Below, piece after piece: positions 43,286 to 54,584 of a stretch of 64,000 bases of DNA (position 1 is its first letter; each line of letters opens with the position of its first letter). Source of the DNA: Phoronis australis (lineage: Eukaryota > Animalia > Phoronida); assembly GCA_002633005.1 (NCBI GenBank), contig NMRA01000566.1, positions 165,633 through 229,632 on the forward strand, read 5' to 3'. Below the pieces are notes generated by a model that saw only the letters and a list, made by a program, of their open reading frames with translations, searched no databases and had not been told where the DNA came from. Both the position numbers and the translations under genes were made by a program.

Positions 43286-43480
43286 AGGGCCTTTCATACT
43301 AACGTCGACGCGTCGATGGTTTGGGGAGTTGCGGTCAGTATGAACGCTTAACTCCGGTCCTGGATCGCAGTTAAGAGCTCCAGTTAACATCGCAGTTAAT
43401 AGGTGGATTTAAGACCGCAGCGTCGACGCTGCGGTGCAGTATGAACGCTTAACTCCGGTCCAATCGAAGTTATCGCCAGG
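43286..43480 (+). mobile_element. Left end of a Harbinger-like element
   Basis: taa then agggcctttcatact; subterminal direct repeat agtatgaacgcttaactccggtcc x2 and palindromes; no partner TIR found. Confidence 0.45.
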
Positions 43481-46136
43481 TGCCACTGTTATCATCAACA
43501 GTTACAGAGTAGTGCCGTCACTAATAACTACTTATTTTTGGGTTTAATGATAACCAATCGATTTAAAAATGAGTTTTATGTCATTTAAGTTTTTGCAAAA
43601 CATAAAATTAATCACATTGTTTGTGACTTGAATTGATGATGGAAATAGAATCGGTAGTGAATATTATGATACCGGTAAAATATACGATTCAATTTTTAAC
43701 CAGTTAGACAATAAGGGCGATTTACGCCGGAAGCAATTTGGAAATAAACATTTTTGGACAAATTAAGGAACGCCCCAGACACTTCCGGTTTGTAAAGAAA
43801 TTGAACAGGTACATGTAGTTATTGTATTGTCATCCAGGCAATTCTAGAATGTGGAAAAGTATGGCAGTCGGAATGCAACAGTGTGTAAAGGTTTACAATA
43901 ATCGCACGGAAGTGGTTTTTTGGGTGAAAATTGTCACATGTTTTGGATTCTTTCTCGTTCTTGATGTACATGTAGTCATCTGCGCTTGAAGAGGTTACAC
44001 GCTCGTAAAAGTTGAAACAAAAACTTGGAATCGACTTTATTGGACTCTGTGCGACATTTGCAAAGTATTGGAGCGGATATACATATTTTTAGCCTTTGAA
44101 CACCCTGTGAAAAAGAGAGATGTAACTTTGTCCAAAACCACTTACGTTTAGACCGAATCATCATTTCAAGTGAAACCGGATGTAATCAATGCAGCAGTCT
44201 CTATGTATTCTATTGAGGAAAATCCATAACTGTACTATTCCGTTACTTTCTGTCTTATTTGTACGTTTGTTGTATACTGTACATGTACATATCCAGTACA
44301 TATGGTACTGGAAAAAGCTCGAATAGTATTGTGAATCGTTGTTTTGTTTGTTTGCCGTCTTGTCTTATTTCTTGTTTCAAAATAGAATTGTACAAGTTAA
44401 CTCAAATCCCACGCTATGCACAGCATGGAAATGTTTTATGCATGAATTACACGGGTGTCGCTCCCCGTAGAGTCTTCAGTCTGTGCATGCTGCGTATATT
44501 TAATTTGATTAAAAATAATTAATGTCGTTTTCCCAAATATACAGCTGCAACAGAAGGTAAAAAATTTCATAAACATATTTTTTTTTCATCGCGTTGAATT
44601 TCGCATCTTTCCTGCAGGCTTGGCACCTGTCCGTTGAAAGGTTTACCCCAAGATATACCGGTGTCATAAAATTACGTTTTGTGTCTCAATAACAGAATCT
44701 GAAAATTGAAACTATGAGTATTGTCATAATGTAGATATTCAATATATGGTATGAGTATGTATGGTAGGTGCACACTGCAAATTGTACAGTAAAACAATAA
44801 ACATTGAAAATAATTAGCTAGTACTATTGTAATTGATTTACTGTAAACAACGTAGGACTATGATTATCAAATTGTTGAAATACAGGTCACCAGTCGACAG
44901 CAAAATGGTACAACAGCTCAGTGCTACTTGCTGCAACAGCTCAATAGTACGGAGATTGTGTAGAGTGGACTCCTCTGAAGCATTGGATCTCTGCGTTTTT
45001 CGATTTAACCATCGTCGAAATCTTCCGGTAACAGTTGCCTCCAAAATCGTTGCTCACCCGTCCCAGATATCATTAACCAGTCTCAGAATTAGAAAACACC
45101 CTTGGCCGTTAGACTACTTTTTAGTACAGTTAAAGCTGTTGCGACTAAATTGCTGATCTTTGATCATGAAAAAGACAGACAATAAGAACGTGTTTGAATA
45201 CAAAATAGTTATCATATAGTTTTCAGAAGGTTTCCAGGGATCTGAACAAAATAATCAAATTTGAAAGGGTTTCAGGAGCAATTTCTGATAGAACATTTGA
45301 AATAAAAAAATCTTCACTGTCCGTCACAGAATTGGCTGAAGTTTTACCAGTAAATTTTCATGTCTACCTCAGACGACACCAACCACCATAATACACTCAT
45401 TGAACTATCCGTCTATTATTATACCCTCCTAAAATTTTTACTTGAAGCACACAAAAATTCAGCTTAAAATGAACTATTGGTAACAGGACTACATGTAATC
45501 CGCATAAAGTACGGACTGATATTAGATACTGTATAGGCATATTTAATGTTAATCCCCCAGTCCAAAATTGTTATTTCCCAAAAATGAAATTACCCCCTTC
45601 GTGGGTGCCCTCGTTTCGTCGTACCGCCTAATTTATGTGTAAGTACCCAAACTTAAACTATGTCAGTGGTAAAGATATAGAAAGTCGTAAAAAAGTGACT
45701 TTTGAAATTTGTGGACGCTGCATAATGGTTACCACAATAAAGGTAAATATCTCTTCTTTTTTGATTTCATGCATAGACATTCAACTGAACATGTGCGTTT
45801 TTGGCTGCCAAGTGTCAAGTACTTGTTATAATTGCTCAGCAATCTAAAATACCAACAGTGACTGAAAGTTTTGACTTGACTGTAGAAACTGATCGGAGTA
45901 GCGAATTTCAGTAGTGTGCGCCTTCGAAAGTCCGCAAAAACATTTATTGGGACCTGAATTATCAAAAAACAACCGTTCAGTCAAAAAAATCTTAATGGCA
46001 TATATGGTGGGCGAACGGACGGGGATGGTCTAGGGAGGGGATTAATGCACCAGCACATTTCCGGCGATCCTGTCCGTGGTAGGTATTACAGGTATCACGA
46101 GGTTTTCTCGGTTGCATTACTCTATTCATCATCCCA

Positions 46137-46270
46137 ATGCCAGCGAGGTATTCCTGGTGTGCTGTGGGCTGTAACTCTAACGTGAGAAAGTTTGATAATC
46201 TGGAAAAGTACCCGCGGATGGGTGATCTGAAGTTATTCACCTTCTCGACATCATTGAAAGACACGGAAGT
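46137..46270 (+). pseudogene. THAP-domain N-terminal relic (transposon-derived)
   Basis: MPARYSWCAVGCNSN..KLFTFS resembles THAP MPxxCxxxGCxN..FxFP; the C-terminal CxxHF is absent. Confidence 0.45.
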
Positions 46271-47558
46271 GTGTTTGAGTTCGAAAATGAGGCCACGCGC
46301 TTTTTATCTCCGGAACAAAGGAGAGTTCTATCGCCGTGTAATCCGGGATGGCCCTAATCATTTCTAGCTTTTAAAGACCTATCTATCTCAAGGGATATTT
46401 TAGTTAAAACATTTGAAATATATAATGAATTAGGTAACGTGACTTATTTTGTAGTGTTTTTTTTTTGTTATCTAACTTCAATTTTTTTAACGCAATTTTG
46501 TATCTCGACTAAAATCAGAAAATTGTCGATTATTCTCGTCTATTTCCGTAACTTCAATTTCCTATACAGTAGGAAGGATCTGAATTACGACTTTGTTGTC
46601 CTTGAAAGAGTGTAATTAACGTCTGAGCTTAAAAACATGGAGGTCTTGCGGTTTGGTTATTTTTGGTTCACATTTTGGCTCAGTATATACAGAAAATGTG
46701 CTCTATTGCCCAAATGCTTACTCATTTGTTTGGATACGAAGCATATGGAATTTAACGTAATGGTAGGCTGAAATGGTGAATAAGTCACACTTGCTGCAAC
46801 CAACGCTAAGTGTCCTCACTAATCGCAAGTTACGCTTTGGAATTTCGGCCAAAGGAGTCGATTTGGTAAGAACTTGGAAGAAAAAAATCTTTCTGTTTCC
46901 AAGATTGTGTTTTTTCATCGCGCTAGCGTGAAATTGGGTTCAAAACTAGCTACCGTTGTGTGCGACACGTTGAAACATGAACGCTTTCTTTTCAGACTAG
47001 GAGTTTAAAGAGTTTTAACTTAAATTTTCCTATAAAACATATCACCTAATACGACTTGAAGCCCTGAAAGTAGTTTCAAAGCATTTCAAACTTGAAACGT
47101 TTTAGATTTACTTTCAAACGACGAATTCAAATCTTTTTAAAGTACTGAAGGAGTTTTCAAGGGTTTGAAAATGTGACAAAGACCTAAAACGTATAATAGG
47201 TCATGTATTTAATATCTCCTTTAGCTTAAAGCAGGGCTTACTAGCCTTTTAAAGAAAAAAAAAGTTGCGAAAGGACAAACAGTAGGGTGATCTTTGCTAA
47301 CTTGTCGCTGCTGAGATTATATTGTCGCTTTAAAGATTTATTGTTCACCAAGTGGAACACAAACGCATTCATATTCAACCACTGGCAACGTTATCCAAGG
47401 ACAATCCTTAGGATGACCACATCTAACCTGGTGTTGGTTAGTTATTCTCCTGGTCACACATCTTCCGTCGAAGGGTTTCCTGTTCTTATCTAGCTCGCGG
47501 CATTCTTCTCTGAAAAGAGTACATTAAAACAGTTATATCGCCAAAAGCGCCTTCAGGC

Positions 47559-47680
47559 CAGTGCTGTAGTGGGGCGTAGGCTTACGTACCGCTTACGCAC
47601 CGTAAGTTATGTGCAGTGCTCAAGGTGATACGGTGGGCTTTGGGCGCCTACTTACGTCTAATTTTACCACTGCAGCACTG
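47559..47680. mobile_element. hAT MITE with 8-bp TSD
   Basis: TIR cagtgctgtagtgg / ccactgcagcactg; flanks cttcaggc / ctttgggc. Confidence 0.7.
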
Positions 47681-47784
47681 CTTTGGGCCTTAGGTGAACA
47701 TCGGGGATGGAAGCGGGGGACGACATATAGTTCCCCCGATATTCCAATGACACAAGTATCAGTCAATTATTAGTTACTAAACAG

Positions 47785-47790
47785 TTTATT
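47785..47790 (-). terminator. Polyadenylation signal AATAAA of the orphan Cys/Thr-rich gene
   Basis: tttatt ~115 nt past the stop at 47905. Confidence 0.5.
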
Positions 47791-47904
47791 ATTTGAAACA
47801 AATTTTAAAATTAATGTTCTTCTACGAAGTGTTTCGTGGTTGGTTTGAGCGATGTTTTACTGCAATGTCCTTGAAATTCAACATCCCTACAACATCGACT
47901 GAGA

Positions 47905-50589
47905 TCAACGCCAACATCCACGGTGAAGCTCGGTACAGTATACTGGCAGGGCGTCTGGCAGCGTTATCACTTGTGGCTTGCACACAAATTCTAATAATTT
48001 GAATAGACTGTTGCATCATTATTGAAATCAATTGCAATAAGTTAATTTCACTTCCTTTTTGGTAATGTGTGCGTGAAGCCAAGAGATCTCACCGAGAAAC
48101 GTGGAAAAGGGAGACTGCAGAAGAACAATCTGAAACTCACTGGAGGAAATATTATCACATGATAAACTGTGGAGTACTCGACCAAAAGTCTCAGTATCCT
48201 CAAAACCCTTTAAGTAAAGAAGTATTTGCTCCCAGCTATGCAGTAGGAACTAATCGACAATGCCCTCTTAACATTTTCTGAGCTAAACAAATTGCATTTT
48301 TATTCAATGACAACTTGAAGATGTGCAGTTTGGCCTAAAGCATCACAATATACATACATTTACATATGTATGCATACATTTATATGCATGCATTCACAAA
48401 TACATTACATACATACACTCATGCATACATATTTCATTGAAAACACGACTTTGATGTGTTTTTACTAGTTTAATTTCAGTTCTTTCCAACTCTCTAACTA
48501 GAGATCTTGTCTTTACATCACAACTGTGCAACAAAAATCCAAAAGACATGAGTTGGTAACATAATTTACAAAGCGATATTTCGAGACACATATCTCATCT
48601 TCAGGCTACTATTTACAACTAGTTCACAGTGAAACCCACATCAGAAATGACAACTGCAATATAACACGTGAAGTTGGCATGCGCAACTATGACGATAAAA
48701 ACAAATATATGCGTGTAACAGGAGTCCTTGAACTTTGTTTAGGTTTTCAGCTGTTACTTAAGCTTGGTGTCAACAGTGGTGTATGACGTTTATAAATATT
48801 TCTTTGTGGCGTATTCTTATTGGTTACTTTTTAGTGTATCGCATTTGATGCTGCGTTTGGTTTTCAGCGTTTGAGGAGGTTTCAGCCGAATTTCTTTTCA
48901 AGATAAGGCGTGTTTTGGTTTTCTCTCAAAATTCTACATTCTTTTTATAAGTCTTACCGGTCGTAGACATACTACGCTAGCCGGTAAGACAACAATTATA
49001 AAACTAACAAATTTGCACTTTACAAAAGTATTTTTCTGATAATTTATACGGCTGATTCTCAGGTAGTTAAATGGATGGATCCGTTTTGTAAGTTATGAGT
49101 ATTACTTTGACGTGTTCAACATAAATTTTATTTCAATAGAAAAATTATTTTATGTATAACATCAACGTTCACAAATACGGGTTTTCGTTGAATCAGAGAA
49201 AACACACAACGCTGCCTAACACCTCACAAAGTCTCTGTCACAAATATGCATACGTTGCTGTGCAACATAATCTATAGACCACCGAAATAACGAAAGAGTC
49301 CTTCGAGTTCCAGTTAGCTGCTCGTTCAAACTGGGTTTTTCAAACATTATTAGAAGCGACTCTAATGTTCGTAACCTATGTACATCATTTCCAGTGTATC
49401 TATTGACTGTATTGTCGACAATCTCCTGGCGAGTTATTTTGCGACCATGAACGTTTTGAAGGTGGTCTTTTATGAAACCGTTTTGTAAATGCTTTGAAAG
49501 TCGCCGTGACAAGGAACACACTGTGTGCCCAATGTAATTTTGTTTCTGATGAGGACGAAAACATTCGACCGCGGGACAAGTAAACTCATAGATTATGTTC
49601 TTTAGGACTTGTTCATCTTGTACATAAATTTTGGACATACAGTTTTTGTAGAATAGTTTTTTAACATTACCAGTAAATCTTTGTACATGATAATGTTGTT
49701 CAACTTTTGAGACAAACCGATTAATATGCTTATCCACAAATGAATTTGTGTAACCATTATTTATTAGAAGTTGTTTTACATGTTAGACTTCACTAATGAA
49801 CAGTTTCCAGTCTGACGAAATAGTGTGAGCTCTCTTTAAGAGATTGACTAAAACAGCTATCTTATGACGCTCAGGACAGTCACTATCAGCATGGAGACAA
49901 ATACCTTTGTCAGTAGGCTTGTGATAAACTGATGTGATGAATCTTGTGTCCGAGTTGAATATAAGTAGAATCTTGTGTCCGAGTTACATATAAGTACATC
50001 TAGAAATGGAGTCTTATCATTCACAGATATTTCATGAAGGAAATTTCAATACTGAATGGTTATCAAGCACAGTCTTAAGCGATAATGTGTAGTTTACATG
50101 TACATGTATGTTCTCAGCTATGCAGCTCCTAATACACACTTACCTGTCTACATCGCATATTGATTCCACAAACGGTATTAGCAGTTCGTAGCACTTATCA
50201 ATTTTTGTTACTTTTTGGGTTGTTTTTGAGCAATTTTTAAGGGTAACGTTGTTCTGGCAATCTGTGTCTGAGCAGGTAAGGTTTGTTCCAGGGGAGGCAG
50301 TAGTTCCTGGGGAGGGAGTAGTTCCAGGAGATGTAGTTCCAGAAGATGTTGTAGTTCCAGGAAATGCTGTAGTTCCAGGAGATGCTGTAGTTCCTGGGGA
50401 GGCAGTAGTTCCAGGCATAGAAGTTCCACCACCTGGCTCCGAACAGTTGCACGTATGGCTACAGTTGCAAGTGCAATTACAAGCAACTTTGTCATGTGTA
50501 TGACCAATGTCCCTTTTCTGAACATCGGTAACTACCCCGGGCATGGACATGACCATTTTCATGAGGGTGACGTATGTCAGCAGCGTAAC
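47905..50589 (-). CDS. Orphan putatively secreted Cys-rich protein with PGTTAS repeats (5' exon unresolved)
   Basis: Phase-compatible exons 50589-50144 (cacctag / gtaagt), 48166-48093 (cacag / gtgaga), 47990-47905 (attag, stop TGA); hydrophobic VTLLTYVTLMKMVMS, KR, CNCTCNCSHTCNC, about seven PGTT(A/P)S-like units, Cys-rich C-terminus. Confidence 0.6.
48400..50095 (-). mobile_element. 5'-truncated Penelope-like retroelement (RT thumb plus GIY-YIG endonuclease, 3' pseudo-LTR)
   Basis: PFLDVLI..TSVYHKPTDKG..CPERHK..LKRAHTISS..LLINNGY, then NIIYEFTCP..YIGHT..LSRRLSKHLQNG..LESLLI..KPSLNEQ; ORF-start copy RSLVRELERTEIK..FNEIC at the 3' end abutting a (TACA)n-like tract; 29-bp duplication frameshift at ~49940-49997 and an in-frame stop. 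Confidence 0.9.
48572..48607 (-). ncRNA. Minimal type I hammerhead ribozyme in the Penelope pseudo-LTR
   Basis: Minus strand AGC-CTGAAGA-T-GAGATATGTGTCTC-GAAA-TATC-GCT: CUGANGA and GAAA cores, stem II GAGAU/GUCUC, self-paired short stem III, stem I AGC/GCU. Confidence 0.7.
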
Positions 50590-53500
50590 CTAGGTGAAAA
50601 TAAATTGACATTTCTGCAAGAAAACATCGCAGAATTTCGTCAACTCATTGAGTCATTAACACTCCATCACCTGCGCTCCATCCCGAAATTTATCTTATAA
50701 AAAACGATGCTGTGTCTGTTCAACATCGTTCAATCTGAAGTGATCACTTTTATTTTGTATGTACACGAAGCTAGGTTACGTCGTCTCCACACAAAGCTAA
50801 GCCTTTGATTTGAGTTTGGGTGCATGATCCGTGTGATAAATATAATTACAACTATTCAGATCGTAAGATTGTGACATGCTAATGCAGTTAAACTTGAATT
50901 TCTATCGTCTATAGCATTAGCCGGTGGTTGACGTGTGTAGAGTATTGCGCGAAACAAAGCGAAACGAAACGAAACGAGACATAACGAGGCTTATTCAACA
51001 GCATAACTCTTCGAGGGAAATATGTTTACACATGTATGGCCACACAAGTATTACGCTTGCCCATTTAACATTTGTTTGAGTTGGTATATTTTGTTTCATT
51101 GAAATGCTGGCGATTCTAGCTTCCTCAAAGTTCTCTTCCACGTCGGAACAGCACGCGCTCTTAAATTTTACTTTCTGTAAAAATTCGTAAATGCTCGTTG
51201 CAACAATGAAGAGGAGGAATATAGCATCGTCGGAAGTAAATATTGTCGTGAATGGCTGGTGAATTATTACAATTTACGTTTGTTTCCAGGCCAGTGCGTC
51301 ACGTAACTTGATTCGCAAAACGACGAAACAAAATTATAATGCACAGATTACTCCAGCGGAGATATCCTTTTAGGTCAGCAAGACACTGACAGTGAAATTG
51401 TGTTCAGTGCGCCCAGTAGTACATTTCATTTTTTTTTCTCAAAACATGCATCACCGCTGAACTATGGAACAAGCCTAGCGTCACCTTTTGCAGAATCATT
51501 TCTGACAAGTGACCTTGTGCGCACCCAGCCTGAAAATGGGGGCTCGAATTTTTGAGAAGTTGTACCTTTTACTAAAAACGAGGTACCATCACAGCCATGA
51601 ATTGTGCATTCGCCAAATTTAGATAGTGCCTGCCATTTTAGAGGACTTTTTTCGCGTTCTCTACTTTTTTCGAATTTTTTGTTTCTCTGAAGCGGACCTT
51701 TTGTCCACTTCGCCAAATAGGAGGGCTCGTTCGAGCCCTCCTAAGCCATCCAGAGTGCGCGGATGGTGACAACTAGTCATTGCGGACACGCTGACGCTTC
51801 AATAACACAGTCGGCGAATTGTCGAACAACAAAACAAATCTACGAAAGCCCAGTAGTGCCGTTTTGAAGTGAAGAAAAATATATTTTCTGGCGGGCACCA
51901 CACAATCTTTTGGATGCTGCCGCTTAATTGAACTCTAGTGAAGACACAAGTGACTGAAAATAATTTTCTCATCAATACGTGGATGCGACAAGAATGCATG
52001 GACTTTCCGACGGTCTTCAAATCCCTTCTTTCGGGAAATACGGTTCTTGACGCGTTACATGCTGCCAGCCTCTGACGGAACAACGTCCAGTCATATTTTG
52101 TTACATATTTTGCTAGGTCATTTGCCACGCCAACGTCTCGTTCACCGTGACTTTAAATTTCCTATAGAAAAATGCATCTCTAGCAAGGCTCTCTTCATTT
52201 CGCATTGTTCCGATTTGGTTGTTTTCGAGAATGCATGTACTGTAAGCCTCGCAAAACAAAAAATAGTACAACGTACAATAGTGAGTTAGTGCGAAGTGCG
52301 GTAAAACGGTTATGGAAACGAACGATGATTCACAGCAAAATCTCTATATATAAGTAGGTTTAAAAGAGACTTCTGAATACGTCATTATTTTTCTCTCATG
52401 TTGATACCTAAATCTTTACAGAATTGTGTTGAAAAATAGGAAATAAAGCATCAGTTTGTGAATAGAACTCATAATAAAACTTTAATGAGTGTAACACAAG
52501 TATTAAATTAATCCTTTAGGTAGAATTGCGTGAACAACTTACTGAAAGTATGAACTTCATCGCCAGGTGTTCCGACCGTAATGTAATCTGTGAAAATCGA
52601 CTCGTTCCTGCTGCTTCACATTTCTTGCATTGCCCTATTATATATGCATGTATTTGTGTACAGGGTTTTTCAAAACTGTCGGACACCAGTAGCTTCTTTA
52701 TACAATGTAGGCAACTATCCACGTCTGTGGCAAACAAAATGAAACGTGGGTTTTTAATGGTAAGTTTTCTGTTAATACTTGACAACCATGGGAGAGATAG
52801 AAAACCCCCTCTGGGAAACAAGATGACTGACGGTCAGTTGTCTGCTGGATCATCACGTCACTGTTACACATACATGTAAAGGGACAAGAATTGTGACAGG
52901 CCGACCGTCAAGAAGCCCAGAAGAAGACCGTCTTTATGTGTTTAACATATACGGACTGGCACGGTCAAATCAGTCGATCACAATTAGAAAGTGACAGTCC
53001 TCGAGCTGTGTGGGGCTATCTTTTAAGAACGCAAACACCGATGAAAATTTTGGCCAGCATCTCCAACTACGGTATATGGGAAAAGCACTCCGTAAATGAA
53101 TATGCCGTAAACAAAAATGGTGACGCCATGTCAATAGCAGTTGAATTTTACAAAAACTATGCTATTCTGGAAAAAGACGCTGTATAATTATATTGTAAGT
53201 GTGCTAGTAACTTGTATGGTGGAATTGTTCAAGGACCCAGCCTATGATTCCTGTTTGAATCGGACGATCGGGCATGCCCAGTGGCGTCGTCTACGGTTTC
53301 GATTTGAGCATGCATAGCGGTTGCAAATGCGCGTGGTGGAAAACTAGGTCGAGTAAACAAGCCAATTTTTATATTTCCCTCTATATTCATCGGTAAAATG
53401 CATGTCTAAGTAGCAAGTACGATAGCGAAACAGCGGTCCATCACAAATTTTTGCCATCAGCACCTGATAGTTCACGAAGTTAGCTTTTATCCCTCGGTTC

Positions 53501-54584
53501 TCTACCTCTCTGATCAACCGATGCCGGCTTAATCTGTGATCACTCCGAACACATTGTTGCTATTTTCAGAAAACATAACGGGCACTTTCTTATCCATATA
53601 CACTGTAAGACTTTATTCCCTTAGCATAGACTTGTCAAGAAGATCCTACACATGCACTGACATAAAGTTAAAGTGTTTAAAATCACTAATTTTATTATCA
53701 AAATGCTCTTAAAACAAACCCAAAATTCGACCAGGTGTCAAGTTAAATAGTACATTGCAAACACTGTCTGTTAATTAGCCGATATCGATGTGGGAGCATT
53801 TCATGGTCGAAACATACTACATGAAGTCACGACAACCAACTGCAGCTTTAGTCATCATCCACTTCGCTTAGAATGAAAAGTCGTCAATTATTCCTGCTCA
53901 GATACTATATACTTTCCATCGCCGTTCTTGGCTTAACTCTTTTTTCCTTGTTGTTGTCGTATTCGTGGCTGTATTGGTTTTCCAACGCCAACGAGGTGTT
54001 ACTGCTATATTTCGGGCGGCAATTCTGACGGGAACACGAGGCAACTCTTAGAGCGATAAAATGAACACTTACGTGTTTTGGCGCCCAGTCTAATTTAAGC
54101 CAGAATGTCACTTACCTGTACTAATCTAGTCACATATTACTAGGTGTAGCTTTAACCTCGCTTCCGAAGAAGACCTATTAGTTATTTTCTATTATAATGC
54201 ACCGATTTTAAAAATTAAAACACAGCTAATACCCATTACACATTCGCCCAATAAATAAGCGACTAGCTCACGTCATTCTATGGCGGCACCATTACGGCTT
54301 GGATGTACCCAGGAATTCACTTGTCTATGATATTTTGGCGTGAACAGTGTATCCTTAGTCTCAGATTTTATATGATCAGTTTTGACCCTCATCGGCGCAA
54401 TGGCTGTTTATTTAGTATATGCACCAAGTCAAGGCTACATGTACGCGGCCGGGGATCCGGCCTGAATGAGGATGAACGGGATCGTTCTACTGGTAGACAA
54501 CACGACACGGCAGTAAACTGTATTATGAACTTTTGAAGGCCGAGATGGCAGACGAGTTATATACATAAAGAACAGTTTTGTAAC

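Noticed and set aside
44833-45156. 107-aa ORF with FRFNHRR resembling a transposase motif
   Set aside because: The similarity is limited to a few residues, with no DDE context or element ends
47822-48082. ORF ending in a GPI-signal-like tail as the orphan gene's last exon
   Set aside because: It would require skipping exon 48166-48093; the phase-1 Cys-rich frame fits the exon chain better, although this is not fully excluded
50144-50200. CYELLIPFVESIC as an insulin B-chain (C-x11-C)
   Set aside because: The spacing and hydrophobics fit, but the conserved Gly is missing and the downstream exons have no A-chain CC-x3-C-x8-C or dibasic C-peptide sites
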